From contig OZ024745.1 in NCBI GenBank assembly GCA_964016885.1, positions 95,232,001 to 95,296,000 on the forward strand: a DNA stretch of 64,000 nt. The letters run 5' to 3'. Positions 11,736-26,691 of this stretch are shown here, in pieces. The notes under the pieces are model-generated. The model worked only from the letters and a program-made list of their open reading frames with translations. It did not search any database and was not told the DNA's origin. How positions within the stretch are numbered: the first letter of the stretch is position 1; every line of letters begins with the position of its first letter. Position numbers and translations under genes: made by a program. Source of the stretch: Eledone cirrhosa. Lineage: Eukaryota.

Positions 11736-13377
11736 GCCTCTTATTGTTGTTTGATTGGCTGGAAATATAAGCCCAATATTCTGTCAAATAACACCCTACT
11801 GTTCTAATACGGGAATGACCGTTTAGGAATGATATGTCATAAAAAAAACATATATGCGATGTTCACGGTAGGAATGGTGTTGGTGATAGATCTGCTTGGT
11901 GGTGGCTAGCCTGAAGATAAATAATAACAACTAACACAATAAGAAAAAAGAAACATATCAATAACAACTCATTTATCAAGGTTTAAAATAGAAAAGAGGT
12001 CGTACAGACTTTACCCTTATGGGATAGGAGATAAGACTTCTCCTTCTACTCAACTCTATGTATCTCACTTAATAAACACAAGCACAAGGATATGGTCCGA
12101 ACGTAGAAGAGCCGAACTCCCACTGTCATCGCCTTCATCTTTCTCGCCCTCCCCATTTCTCTGTATGGTGAGCGAATGGGGTCCCACATGCTGGCCTCCC
12201 CACAGCTCCGGCAGACAGAATGGAGAAGGCGTTTCCTCGAAGGATGGTAAGGGAGATGCGCTGGAAGAGCCATTCCAACTCGCGAGGCTCACGCCTGCGG
12301 CTGGCCATTTCAGCGCCTATGGTGGTGAGAAGGGAGGTAGCCCTAGGGCCAAGGTCACCGGAAGTCTCCACTGCAAGGGCACGACCGCAAACCTGTCGGA
12401 GAATGACCGGTACTTGGAGAGTTTGGCCTCCTTAGCTCGACGTGCAGCTGGGATGTCATCTGCAGCGATAGTTTCTCCAGCCGCAACCTAGTGCAGTCTG
12501 CGACTAATCCAGGTTCAATAACAACTAGAATTTATTTCTTAGTGAACTGCTTCTGCAGCCGAGATTCTATTCACAATTGATAACCTTAGTTCACTTAAAT
12601 AAAGTCACTGATTCATTTACAATTATTATGGTCGTAAAACTCATTTTTCTTTTACTATAAATGCGAAGTTTTTTGTAGACCTAAGAAATTAACATTTGCT
12701 ATCTTGATAAATACTTAAGTAAATGTTTTAGGAGATAAATATTTTAGGAACAATTTTCACTTCAAAGTGTTCTTTATTACAGTAGATGTAATTAGAATGT
12801 GATATTTTTCAAAATTTATTCAGTCAAAATAACATTATCACTGTTCCGCGACAGATTGAATTAGTGATATAATTAAAACTGCTGGAGCTCGTAATAATAA
12901 ATGTTTCTTTGTAACAATCATGATGGTTAACAATATAAAAGCTTAGTATTCGAAGTTGTTTATAACCGCAATGCTGCAACACAAACGTTTTCTTCATCTA
13001 TATTCTGTAACATTTAATAACATTTATGGAACGTATCTTGCTTATTACTGCAAACATGAATTATTAAACAGTACATCTGTTGTGTGACAAATCTACAAAT
13101 GGCGTCAGATGAGTCTAACAAAATAAGACTCATGGATGATTATGTGATTTTCTAAAGATACGTCATATCGTAACGTTAAAGTAAAATATAGCATTGTATA
13201 TATATATATATACATAGATGAGTAGATAAGTGTGCGCACACGTGTGTTGGGAATTGCCGAAGAATTTAAGACAAAGTTAAAGCTGATAGAATATGAAAGC
13301 ATAATGAATGGAAATACACTAAATCATTGAGACGATCACTCACGGTACTCAGTTACGCTAGTACGAAATTATTATTA

Positions 13378-13560
13378 GGGCGGTGAATTGGCAGTATCGG
13401 TAGAGGGTCGGACGCCATGCTTTATAGCATAGAGTTACGTCCCTTTGTGGTCTGAGTTCAAATCCCGCCGAGGTTAACTTTGCCATTCATCCTTACGGGG
13501 TCGATAAAATAAAGTACCAGTAATAATTGCTGGCTTAGTGCCAAAAGTAGAAACAATTAT
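13378..13560 (+). mobile_element. tRNA-derived SINE, near full length
   Basis: A-box-like TGGCAGTATCGGT, B-box GAGTTCAAATCC and a conserved body. Further copies at ~3525-3650, 10185-10320, 17245-17410, 23220-23425, 38932-39125, 39255-39420, 52692-52912 and 52948-53140. Confidence 0.88.
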
Positions 13561-14149
13561 CAAACCCTATTAGGAAGAATATAATGGAATGTATATCTTT
13601 CAAGTTGTTTTAGCAATGGTAGTTATCTAAATACCAATAGAGAATCTGATTATATATTTTTGGAATTTGTAAGACGTTGAATTTTAAATATAAATTCCCC
13701 ACTACAGAAAGTAGTTGTACGGTTTCTAACCAGATTTGCTGATGAAGAAACAATCGTTTTAATGTGTCGATGCTTTAAAGGACAAAACGTAAGACAGCAT
13801 GTCTCCGGTAGATTTCTCTATTCATATTGTAGCCAGTTGGATATGAAAACGTACTTAGTAAGATAAGTACGTGGCAATGAATGAGAATATATCCCCTGAA
13901 TTTTTGAAATATTAGAAATTATAACTTCTCTGTAGTAATTTAAACCCCCTTAACAATTAAAACTTATTGTGTGATTAAATTCTAAACATTCCATAATCAT
14001 TACAACTGATAAAACAATAGTTCTTAGAATATATCAACCTCTTTTCATCAAATTCTATGTAAATGTCTACGGACTTTTGTTTTAACGTTATGATACATTA
14101 TGCTACTGACAAACTATACAAGCCGATATCGGTATAATCATTTCACCCC

Positions 14150-14530
14150 ATTGCGTGTCCCTAACATACCACATCATGAGACTTATGACTGGTAAGCGGC
14201 TCAGCGACAATATCTGTATCAGTGAGCTGCTCAACATTACCAAAGTTAGACCAATTACATCAATTGTCAAGTCAAGAGTACTCAAGTCAAGAGTACTCAA
14301 AGGCCATATAAAAAGATCAATTCGTGGTGTGAGTAGGCTATGCCTGGAAGGAAGGTTGGCTGGTAAGAGAAGCAGAGGCCGGCAGCCAAAACGATGGCTT
14401 GACAATGTCAATTTATGGACTGGACTTGATCTTTGCTCTTTGAACTTTGCTTCTGGTGATTGAACTTTGTGGAGAGAGATATCACATGTTAATGCGCAGT
14501 CTGCAACTGGTGGAGTTTAGCGTCACAAGA
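14150..14530 (+). mobile_element. RTE-type LINE 3' fragment
   Basis: LEGRLAGKRSRGRQPKRWLDNV..WTG motif in ORF 14155-14463. Confidence 0.7.
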
Positions 14531-14949
14531 AGAATATATTTAGGAAATGCATAAAAGCACATATATTCTATTACTTTTTCACTAAAATGTAGAATCGTTG
14601 CTGACAGAAAAACAGATCAATATTTGTGTATGGTATTTTGAATTTAACTGAATGCTTTGAATTTATATGCTTTCAATAAATTCTGCTCGCTATTTCTAAA
14701 ACCTGTTTGTATGGTTTTCGTTAGAAGACTTACTTGGAGATAACATGTTTTATATACTATTTTTCAGAGAATCATAATAATATTTTGTGGTTGTTACTTG
14801 TGTTTCCTCTGTTCGTATTCTTTCTTTAAAATGCTATATTTCAATTTTTGATATATGTTTTCGTTTTGAAAATGTATGTTTTTATGTTAGCTAATCTGTT
14901 CGAGCGCGGCGTTACGTTTAAACCCGGATTTTCCTTCCATATTTTATAC

Positions 14950-15090
14950 GGCGTGTGGCTGAGTGTTTAGAGAATTGGATTCGCAATCATAAGGTTGTGA
15001 GTTCGATTCCCGGACCGGGCGATGTGTTATGTCTTTGAGCAAGACATTTTATTTCACGTTGCTCCTTCTACCTGGAGTTGCGACCGATAG
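14950..15090 (+). mobile_element. Second tRNA-derived SINE family (fragment)
   Basis: GGCGTGTGGCTGAGTG (A-box-like) ... GAGTTCGATTCCC (B-box), followed by a non-tRNA body. Confidence 0.6.
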
Positions 15091-15400
15091 ATAGTATTAG
15101 CAATTGGAAAGACCAATGGAAACATTGTTTCCTCGGTCCGATTTTACGAAAGTCGATCGTTCCTTTTTATTATACGAGTATATTGTCATAGTTTTGTTTC
15201 AGATGTAGTGTGTCTCAATAAAATGTGGTTGTAGAATAGAAGCATATTCAGCTCACCTAAGCTTGTAGGTTTTCTTTTTTATTTGCAAACCTTAAGGAGT
15301 AAAGTTCTGTTCTTTAAGAAGATTGTCATCATTTTCATCGGGTTGGGATTCATTTGTTTCTAGTTACATCGAGTTTTGCAGGCGTTTTTCTACTTTTTTC

Positions 15401-15446
<46 letters not shown>

Positions 15447-15522
15447 GGTGGTGGTGGTGGTGGTGGTGGTGGTGGTGGTGGTGGTGGTGGTGGTGGTGGT
15501 GGTGGTGGTAGTGGTGGTGGTG

Positions 15523-15591
<69 letters not shown>

Positions 15592-16063
15592 TGGAACAGA
15601 ATCGATAGGTTCTGGGATAAAGGGACGTTTGGTATCTGATATATTTTCTTTTTCTTTTTGACTTCCAGACTGCTTTGTTCATCATCTTTCAGCAGTCAAT
15701 GAAATAATCTCCCAGTCAAGTACTATTTCCAATTTAATCATATGTTCAATTTAATGGAAGTGGATGGTCTTCTACTTATGTTATAAAACATTTGATTATT
15801 ATTTTTATTATCATTATCATGGTTTTTGTTCCTTTATTGTTGCTATTTTCTTCATTTAGATCCTACGCTTACACCCTCTCTTTATCGTTATAATATATAG
15901 ACAAGCAATTCAAGCTAGATGACGTATGATGTCGTTGAAGGAACTAATAATATATCTTTCAATTATCGTATAGGTATAATTCTGTATTAGTTGTGGAGTC
16001 GGATATGGAATTAGAATTCTGCATCTGACTTTGGGCAACTAATACAGAATTATACCTATAAAA

Positions 16064-16409
16064 CATAGGTTGCCAAAGTGGGCACTGCTCCCCACCGGAG
16101 GCGTTGAGAAGGTCCAGGGGGCGCTGGCGACTAAGGGGCATGTGGGGGAGCGATAGAGATGATATAATAGTATATTAAATATCAAATGATACATATTATA
16201 TATAAATATAGTAAAATAAAAAATATTTAATATTTATTTATACATAGTATATATTATATTATTTATTATGTATAAATTGTTGATTTTATTTATTATATAT
16301 TATTTACAATTTGCATGTAGGCAGGTTTCTCTGGAAATAGGGTTGGGGGCGCTGAGGGTATTACGTGGCCGTGAGGGGGTGAGGTGGCCCAAAAGTTTGA
16401 GGACTTCTG
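16064..16409. mobile_element. hAT-type MITE
   Basis: 8-bp TSD CTATAAAA at 16056-16063 and 16410-16417; degenerate TIRs CATAGGTTGCCAAA / CAGAAGTCCTCAAA. Confidence 0.7.
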
Positions 16410-16501
16410 CTATAAAATAATCTCCCTGGAGAAATAATATAACAGTTTTTACTTGTTTTTTTCCTAACAATTGTAATTGTTTTTGTTTTTTTTTGTTTCA
16501 G

Positions 16502-16923
16502 TGGTATCATTGGTTGCCAGCGTCTTTACTTTGTCTCTCATCGCTTTTGATCGATTCTATGGCATTGTTTTCGCTCTCAAAGCACACATGATGGAACGAA
16601 AAGCGAAGGGATCTCTTTTTTGCGTTTGGTCATGCGCAATAGCTGTTGGATGCCCGATACTTATATCTCGCAACCTGCATGTGCGCGTGTGGTTAGATCA
16701 CGTGGAGCGATGGTGTGATGATGGTTGGCCGATCCACAGCAATACCGCAGATCCCACATCCCGACGTATCTACTATACATTTGTAGCCATCGTTCTCTAC
16801 GTCTTTCCAATGATTGTCATGACCTTCACCTACACTATAATTCTATGGAAGCTTAACTCAACTGCCATGCCAGGAGAAACTATTGAAAGAGAAGTAATAC
16901 TTCAAGCTAGAATAAAGAGGAAG
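16502..16923 (+). CDS. Internal exon of a rhodopsin-like (class A) neuropeptide-type GPCR, TM3 to ICL3
   Basis: Polypyrimidine tract and tttcAG acceptor (16500-16501); AAG|GTATGT donor (16924). Translation has ASVFTLSLIAFDRFYGIV (DRY-like), TM4 Trp, ECL2 Cys and TM5 YVFPMIVM..Y. Phase 1 start, phase 0 end. Confidence 0.93.
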
Positions 16924-17741
16924 GTATGTATATCCATAAGTATTTTATTTCTCTTTCAGTTTTTTAGAATGAATTCCATCTGAAGTTGTTCAGCATGTTT
17001 ACATATGTTTTATTATTTCATATCTCATACGATTCAATTTTTGAGACATGGGATATGTAATATTCCATCAATGTGCGATAGCTTTTCTTGAAGGTTGGCC
17101 TTTCCTCTATATGTATTGCAAAAGAATAGATTGCCATATTGATTTGCCTTACTCGAAGCTCAATGAAAACGATATCTCTTTTCTAAGAAGTCCAACATAC
17201 ATATTTATTCTGGCATATCATTAGTGTTCTCTATACAATGAGATTAGGCAGCAGATTAGCAAAGTTGTTAGAACATCCGATAGAATGCTTTGCTGTATTC
17301 GTTTAGGCTCTCTGCTCTCTAAGTTCATATCCTGCCGAGGTCAACTTTGCCTCTCATTCATTCAAGGTCGATAAAAATAAGGACCCTTCTAGTACTGGGA
17401 TCGATTCTTCCTCTATATATCTTCCTCACTTCCATTCTCTCATTCACGCAACCCTTATCTGGAAGAAATCTATATTCAGATCTGGCGAGGGATGGGGTCC
17501 GCCAGGTTTTAAAATGTCCTAGAAACACCGTACGTCAATACTAACGAGTTTTACTGATAGAGAATGTATGGTTTACCATTAAAAGAGCATCTCTATGCCA
17601 TAGCTTTTACTGATAGGGAGGAATTGGTTTTCTCGTAAAACAAAATAAGATTAATGGGACACTTGGTAATTAAGCAAAGCTATCTTTTCTTCTATGCTAA
17701 ACTGTAAGCCATTATGCTGACCTTTTTCACATTCAAGACTG

Positions 17742-18135
17742 TCTTCTTCTTCTTCTTCTTCTTCTTCTTCTTCTTCTTCTTCTTCTTCTTCTTCTTCTTC
17801 TTCTTCTTCTTCTTCTTCTTCTTCTTCTTCTTCTTCTGTATGAGACATCAATCATGTGACATCCCCCAGGCACTACCGCCAGCTGGAGTTAGTGGTATTA
17901 AGGTGCCTGTGATCTATGTTCTCCAGCGGGTGGAGATCCGGGCACTCGGTATGTGTTCTGCAGTTTGCTCTAATGAGTCACACTGGCCAACTGAGGGTGA
18001 CCGAAGCCGCCAGTGTTGCATGGTTGCATTGAATCGGCCGATATCTGTACCTAGCACATTCACGGACACCCACTCTCTCAGACAGAGTTTAGTAGTATGT
18101 GGAAGGGATCAATTGAGGTTGACATTCAGTTGAAA
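17742..18135 (-). mobile_element. LINE 3' fragment with (GAA)n tail
   Basis: GC-richer block ending in a long (GAA)n tail on the minus strand; clade not determined. Confidence 0.4.
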
Positions 18136-19050
18136 CGGTCGAGATATCTGGTGCCATCTAGCAGTCCACTTCTGAAACATGTTGAAATTTGAGACAGTAG
18201 CAGCAAGCATCCAAGATCAATAGCTCTTTTCATAAACAGAAACAATGTATGGTATCTATTGCATGACGAAATCCGAAGATACGTTTCGACAGCAGACTAG
18301 CACGCTAGGGATTCGTCCATTACGGAATATAATCACCATCAGAAAGTCAATCTATTACAAACGTAGTAAGAGAGAAGTATACAAAATATGATTAATACAG
18401 AAAACAGAGAAACCGATGAATCTTTTTGCTTCAACAAGGCTCAAATAATAAATAATAGCTTGTCTCTGATTTATCTATATTTTTTAGTGTGCTGGACTGT
18501 AGATACGAGGAATATTTATTGGTAAAGAAAATCAATTAGCAAATAAAAAGCATGTCTGGAAAAGTCAGAAAAGTTTCCCTATTTTTATCTAAAGGTTGTT
18601 TTGATTTTATAACAAATTTCCTTGAATATACAAGCATGCTAAGAATGAAAAATCTATTCTATAATTTCGCCTCCGTAGTAAGGTGGTTATATGGTTATAA
18701 ACTGGAACACTCATTTACACATAAAATATACACATCATATACACATAATATAAAAGCAAAAGGGAATAAAGTTAATCAATTCACACATATATGCATACGA
18801 CGCATCTCTCTCTCTCTCACTACATTTATATATATATATATATATGATATAATATATAATATAATATAATATAATATAATATAATATAATATAATATAAT
18901 ATATATTTACTTATATGAATATTTATATATATACTCGTATATATATGGGGATGGTCATGTTGCCAATAGAAAGAAACACACGCACCATATAATTTTCACT
19001 TTATCATTATCTTTATCGCTCGTTATTCATTCGTTTGTCGAAGAGGAGGC

Positions 19051-19114
<64 letters not shown>

Positions 19115-19170
19115 TATATGTGTGTATATATGCATATATATATATGTATGTATGCATGTATGTATGTATG

Positions 19171-19320
<150 letters not shown>

Positions 19321-19357
19321 ATTAAATAAATGGAAACTATATTTATAAAACCATATT

Positions 19358-19423
19358 TATTTCATTATATATATTTCAGGGATATCATATTAACAATATG
19401 TTATGCCTTCTTCAGACAAAATA
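19358..19423 (-). ncRNA. Hammerhead, family B (core CUGAAGA)
   Basis: TATTTTGT-CTGAAGA-AGG...CCCT-GAAA-TATATA-TA-ATGAAATA. Confidence 0.8.
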
Positions 19424-19578
19424 CAATATAAACAGTCTTATAAATAAATAGATACGACATACCTTTCAATCGACTTGCATTTGGGAAGTTGATTTGGCAG
19501 TAAAAAATATTGTTGAGTACTTTTATATCAGTTATAAATATTTACTCGTTGTTAACCCAACAATTTAAATATAACTTT

Positions 19579-19654
<76 letters not shown>

Positions 19655-19793
19655 GTTATATAGTAAGGTGCAATATTCTTAAACGACCTCAGATCGCACA
19701 GTATGGATGTAGTAGCAAATCGATCTATCTCTTATTGAAACATGTGTCGTGATTAAATGATTGGAATTTTACCTTACCTTCGGATTTTCATTT

Positions 19794-19861
<68 letters not shown>

Positions 19862-19867
<6 letters not shown>

Positions 19868-20117
19868 GTTAAAAATGTACATCCACATATGTATACTGAA
19901 ATACTAGTATGCATATGAATACACACACGTGTACATATGTAGATGTACCGAGTTTTTCACTGGACACTTTACTGTGTGTTTACATACAGAATAGCTGGAC
20001 ACTCACAGTAAAGTGTCCAGTGAAAAACTCGGTACATCTACATATGTACACGTGTGTGTATTCATATGCATACTAGTATTTCAGTATACATATGTGGATG
20101 TACATTTTTAACTTAAT
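19862..20117. repeat. ~115 bp-arm inverted repeat abutting (TA)n
   Basis: AATTAAGTTAAAAATGTACATCC...CACTTTACTGTG and its reverse complement around a ~25 bp spacer. Confidence 0.93.
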
Positions 20118-20185
20118 TGTTTAAGCGTCAGTCATACAAAAGTGAGTTACAAACGAAACGAAATTTAATTTCGTTTCGTTATTTG

Positions 20186-20311
<126 letters not shown>

Positions 20312-20351
20312 AATATTAAATAAATGGAAACTATATTTATAAAACCATATT

Positions 20352-20416
20352 TATTTTATTATATATATTTCAAGGGCAACCAAGACACCATTGGTGCGCT
20401 TTCATCAGATAAAATA
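20352..20416 (-). ncRNA. Hammerhead, family B, divergent covarying copy
   Basis: TATTTTAT-CTGATGA-AAG...CTT-GAAA-TATATA-TA-ATAAAATA; compensatory changes in stems I and II relative to 6770-6834. Confidence 0.85.
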
Positions 20417-20613
20417 CAAAGTTTGTTTTATAAATAGAGACGTACCCATGAAAACCATACCTTATCGGTTGGAAATTCGCTGGATAGTTTCCATTTATTT
20501 AATATCATTGAATATTTCCTCCAGTAAGCTGTTGAGTGCTCTATATCAGTTATAAACATTTATGTTTGTCGGACTTCCAACAAATTAAATACAACTTCTA
20601 CATATATATATCT

Positions 20614-20685
<72 letters not shown>

Positions 20686-20952
20686 TTCATGACTTCTAGG
20701 CCTAAATGTCTAGGATGATATAGTGCGCTGATAATACTTTATCCATACTTTATCCATGAATACTTGGATTAGTTATATATGTATTTGTGTTTGGGTGTGA
20801 GGGTCTGTGCGCATGAGGGTCTGTGCGTATATAAAACATTTATTAACACACACATGCACATGCATAATTACATGCATACGTACATACACATACATACTTA
20901 TGCGCATAAATCTATGTGTGTGAATGCATGTATGTATGTAAATATATATATA

Positions 20953-21140
20953 TGTGTTCTGTTATTAATTCTTGCAATATTATTACAACAATATGACCCT
21001 CCCTAAGTATAACAATATATTGTTATACTTGGGGAGGGTCATATTGTTGTAATAATATTGCCAGAATTAATAACAGAACACACTCACTGTTTGGTTGGTT
21101 TTCGCTTCTGTATCTTTTATATCAGTTAATTCATTTGGTC
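20953..21140. repeat. Tail-to-tail palindrome of the PLE terminus (same family as 33-38.7 kb)
   Basis: ...TGACCCTCCCTAAGTATAACAATA|TATTGTTATACTTGGGAGGGTCA..., centred at ~21017. Confidence 0.85.
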
Positions 21141-22494
21141 CGCATCGGCTCAGCGCGTCCCCTATTTCAGTGGCTGAAATCGGCCTTTCACAGAACTTCG
21201 CCTCGCTGTCCGAGAGTCGCGGTAAGCCGTCGAGGTATGGACCAAAATCCATAGCCCCTCCCGGCGCGCCGCCCTGACCGAACAGCTGAGCAAAGTGCCG
21301 CTGAAAGGCCGCACACATCTGCTTCGACTCTCGTATCACGCGTGCATTGGTCCTTCAAAGACCGAATCATGAACTTGTTCCCACTTTTCGCCTCCGTCAC
21401 CCGGGCCCAGCTAACAGCTTTGGCTCCCTCGTTACTCAGAGCACGTATTTTGCTTCTGACAACGCAGCCCTCGTGCTTTGCGTCGAAGAACTGGTCCAAG
21501 GCCGTTCTCGTTGCTAGCACGCTGGCTACGTTGCCTCTTCTAATTGCGTCTTCTACTTTATCTATCAGTTCCTTCTCGGTCCTATTTCTATCTAACGCTA
21601 ATTCCCTTACTAAAAACTAACGAGTCTAATCTAACTGCCCTCTTGAGAGAGTACCACCATCTGTTGTTGACAATGTCCCCTGTCAAGTGCTGTTTAATTA
21701 AAGTGCTAATCCGTCTACTGTAGGCTTTGCATGTCGGTAACGACAAATTCAGCTTCCAGTAGCCGGGTCCTTGTCTATGGGTTCTATCAAGGTTGACCAT
21801 GCAGGTCACTAGTTTGTGATCTGAATAGGCAACCATGAACATTTGTGGACGGCTTAACATGTCCCTATCTTTATTTATAACTAGAACCCTATCTAGGTAC
21901 GATCTAGATATTTCGCTCGGATTAGTCCACGTCCACAGTGGCACAGTCGGAAAATTCTGGTCGATATCTATCGGCCAGGTCAAATCGGCCGATTAACTGT
22001 TTGAGGCTGTTACACCCCTTTATCGGGACATGCTCCCACATAGTCCCAACGTACATCTAGGATTCCATTCCAGTCCCCCACTAAAAGCAAGGAGCGGGAC
22101 GTTCCCAGAAAAGTCTCTAGACGTTTGAAGAAGTCCGGCCGTGGTGTTCCGGATGGGGCATAGGCGGCCACAAGCCTGAAGGCTCCACCTTCACTACCGT
22201 CAACGTCTAGGACCACCAGTCGACCCTCCGGGTCCAGATGTATCGTCTGTGTTACGAAGTCCAGGTGTTCCGTAGCAAAACGGCAACCCCGCCCCCAACT
22301 TCCGGCTGACAGATAGATGCGTAGATCTCAAAGTCGTCGAAGAAGGGAGCCAGCTGTCGCGCGCTGTAGATCCTGGACTCGCAAATGGCTACTACATCCA
22401 TATTGTGCGACCTGAGGTCGTTTAAGAATTTGCCCTGTTTCCAGGGCAACCCCACGCCGCGTACATTCACACATCCAACTCTTATATTGGCCAT
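21140..22494 (-). mobile_element. L1/Tx1-like LINE ORF2 5' part (APE endonuclease), frameshifted
   Basis: Motifs CVNVRG, AICESR, LVGDWN, SYLDRV, SDHKLV and GPGYWKLN across successive ORFs. Confidence 0.88.
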
Positions 22495-22692
22495 GTTCGT
22501 GCTGAAAAGTTAAAAGAAGAGGAAAATAAATCACTCACCTCTTCGTCTCCTGGGGACCAGGCTGCACAATGTCCATATAGATAGATAGGAAATCGTTATT
22601 TTTCTTTCTAAATAAACTGGAACGTATTCTGCCCATTTGTCTTGATTGGTTTTAAGCGCAGATAAATGTAGAAATACGGACAACAGACAACC

Positions 22693-22805
<113 letters not shown>

Positions 22806-25800
22806 GCGCGCGCACACGCACACACACACACATACACACACACATGTGAGTGCACACTAACAGACACACATGCATACACAGGAATACACCCACATACTGC
22901 CTCAATGAAATAAATGGTTAGCAGTAAGATAAATGTTCGATAAATTATACAGCGAAAGAAAGATAATAATGTGTAGATGCATCAACTCTATTTGCAAAGT
23001 CTTATGGAAATGTCGATAACAGACATTAGTAAGAATTCTCGTAATGCAATGTATGTAGGAGATATAGTTCTAGTGTGCTTTAAAAACTACTGGCAAAGGT
23101 GAAAACGGCCAAATAGTGAAGTATGCTTTATCTATAGTGGAAAAGCCGAGAAGCCGAATCTTCAGGCAGAAGACATCAAATAGAGATAAAATGTTTACCG
23201 TTATTATAGGATAAATAAGAGCGATAGATTGACAGTATCGGTAGAGCGTTGGACAATATGCTTTGCAGCTTATAATCACGGCCCCTTACGTTCTGAGTTC
23301 AAATCCCGCTGAGGTTATTTTTGCCTTTCATCTTTACGGGGTCGATAAAATAAAGTACCAGTAACGCACTGGGGCTGATTAATCGACAAATTGCTGGTCC
23401 TGTGGCCAAAAATAGAAACAATTAATACAAGATAAATATATTTATGTATCAAGTAATTTCTGTATTCTGCACAGCCAGTCCATAGTAGTGGGGGGACGTC
23501 AGACGAGATGCCTTTTGGTATTTGTTCTGTTTCATTGCGTTCTGGATTAAAATCTATTTTCGCCTATTCGTGTCGTAGACGGAGTCCATCATCAGATTTA
23601 CTTACCATCACCACCTTATTTGAGTCTTTTAGCGAAGGTCACGTTGCTGCGAACGTTTTGGTCAGGTCTCCCTTTCCCCAAGGGTTTTGGACATTGCTTT
23701 ATCTCACTGATTGAACAGTAGAAATAAATAAACATTTCTTGTCTTCCTAACTTTACTCTTTGCTTCTTCTTCGTGGCGTATTTTGTTGTCTACTGTTTAA
23801 AATATTTTCCGTTAGAGAACATTACTATCCCTCTCTTATGATTGATTGCTTTAGTATAGAAATGAATGGTTAAAGAAGGTGGTAAGACAGTAGAGTTGGC
23901 TTTGATATTTTTGAAACACAATTGGAATTTCACAATCATTTGATAGCGGGGCAAATGTTAAGAGAATTCCTTTTTGTTATCATGTAACCGGAATCGCAAT
24001 GTATTATCTAACGAACATAGCTGGTAAAATAGACGAAACTATAAATATGTATTGTGGAGTAATCTATATGACCGTGCAAATAGCAGCAACAACACTGACA
24101 GCAGCAGTAAAAACATGGTATTATTGATGGATGATTTAACTTGCAGTTCGAAATTCAATTCCTATCATGAATGACAATGAAATAACAATGGATTTCACAG
24201 GTTTTCTGGCGGTCATGCCCTAGATATACTTGGTGGCAAGAAAATACATGATGGGTAGGTGGGTCTATTTGTAGTAATTTGTTATCGGATAAAGCATGGG
24301 TTTTCTGTTAATAAATTAGGTAGTAGTTTCGTATGTTAATATCTGATAAGCTAACTGCGCTTTGAATACGCAAGACAATAATATCCATTGTGAAGAAACC
24401 ATTAAACAATTTAAAATTAATCAACCGGGAAAGAAATAGAAAATCTCAAAAGATAGAGACCTATTGATGACGTTTAGATTACATGACTATGGTAAATTTA
24501 TAGCTGAGTGACTTAATATTGTTTAGTATTTTTCTATTTAATAAATGGATAATATGAGGTGCAATTCTAAACTGTTGGTAATTTATGCCTTCTCAGCGTC
24601 TATAATTAGATAGTGTCCTTCGCTACGTGTAGCGTTCACATAATTTATAAATAAATTACAAGATACTTTTGTCATTGTGAATCTGAGATATCTGTGTATT
24701 TGTGGAATTTTTAATCTATCATATTTTTTTCAACAATGTCTTCTCGCGCAAACACTTACAATTAATGTGAAGTAAAAATAAAGAGAATCTAAGTAATTCA
24801 TCTCTAGGCATATGTCAGTGTAAAAAAATATCGTTACCCAATCTGAAACTTTAATACAGTTAGGAATCAAATCTATGTAACTGTTAATCAAAAGAATGCT
24901 ATTCTTAATAGAATTTTTTTTATACACACACACTAGATATCGGGTTAATTGGGTTAAATTGACTATAGTTACTATTAGCATAAACGTTTGTGATTTCGAG
25001 TCAGTGCACTTTTCTGATAGTATGCATGCATAGTTTTCTTTGTAGATTTGAGAGACTGATTCAGGAAAATGTCGTATGGAAGCCAAATGTTCATTAGATT
25101 CTAGACATATAACATAATAGATCATATCAAACCACATAAACGGTGTTTCTGAACTTTATACAATACCCCTCTTGTTTCAACTTGGTGCATTCATGCTGTT
25201 TGATAAACGAGAACTCTACAAGACCTGCGGATTAAAATTACATTGAATATACAAGATTGCGCACTGCGACGGGAATTCTTTTCATCCAGCTTTCAGCTTC
25301 ATATATAATATAGTTGTGAATATATATTGGCAAAGAATCTAGTGCTGCTAACATGTTGAAATTATGTTGAAATTTTACATGGGCACAAACATACACCGTC
25401 GCAACAACCCGGACACGGCAGTTTAATTTCCATTGGTATACTCAATCCTGTCTCACCCGTCACTAGTGCACTCTGTTTCCACCATAGTACCTTACTCCGT
25501 TACAAGCCGTTTTTGCGGATTCCTCCCATATATTTTTTAATGCATTCAATGTATTTTCTTTACGTATTTATTTATGTAATGTCTTATGCATTTTTTTCTG
25601 TACATCCTCATGTATATTTTTATGTATTTTTAAGTATATTCTTTGCATTGTTTCTATGAGCTTTCCATATGTAATTTATTTATATGGTTGTTTTATATTT
25701 TTTTTATATGTGGATTATTTCACGTTAAAACCCTAAGTCACCTCACTCAAGGTGTACATGAAAGTGTGTCTGCATATACGTATATATTGCTTCGTGAGAT

Positions 25801-26249
25801 GTTGCGTGCATTTATTAGCGTATTCGTTATATCTATCTTTTTGTATTTCTACGTATTCCTTTACGAAAACTTCTTTGTGTATTCCTTGATGTACATCTTT
25901 ATATGAATTATTTTAATGTACTTTCTAAGTATTTTTGTACATTTTCTTTTCATATGTAATTTGTTTATATGTGGTTTGTATGTGGAGTATTTCAAGTTAA
26001 CACCCTAAGCCACCTTACTCAAGGTGTATATGAATGTGTGTCTATATACGTATATGCTGCTATGTCTGTATGCACGGGTGTATGCATGTATGTGCACCTA
26101 AACCTATGCAAAAGTGTCCGTACGTAGGGACATGTATGCACACAAACGTACAATTGTGAGTGTCTGTAATTATATGTGTGTGCGTGTGTCTATGCCCATG
26201 TGTTTGTATATGCGTATATATGGATGCATACATGTATGTGTGTGTGTAT

Positions 26250-26313
<64 letters not shown>

Positions 26314-26318
26314 ATATA

Positions 26319-26367
<49 letters not shown>

Positions 26368-26414
26368 GTATATATATATATGTATATATGTATGTATATA
26401 TATATATATATGTA

Positions 26415-26461
<47 letters not shown>

Positions 26462-26520
26462 ATATATATGTATATGTATATATATATGTATGTATATATA
26501 TGTATATGTATATGTATAAA

Positions 26521-26560
<40 letters not shown>

Positions 26561-26636
26561 TATGTATATGTATATATATATGTATATATATATATATGTA
26601 TATATATATAAATATATGTATATGTATATATATATG

Positions 26637-26691
<55 letters not shown>

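Noticed and set aside
12046-12500. GC-rich block with several overlapping short ORFs
   Set aside because: Probably a LINE ORF1/spacer remnant, but I recognise no motif, so it is not called.
13378-13560. SINE heads as tRNA genes
   Set aside because: Only A/B boxes are retained and they continue into a repeated SINE body; no full cloverleaf.
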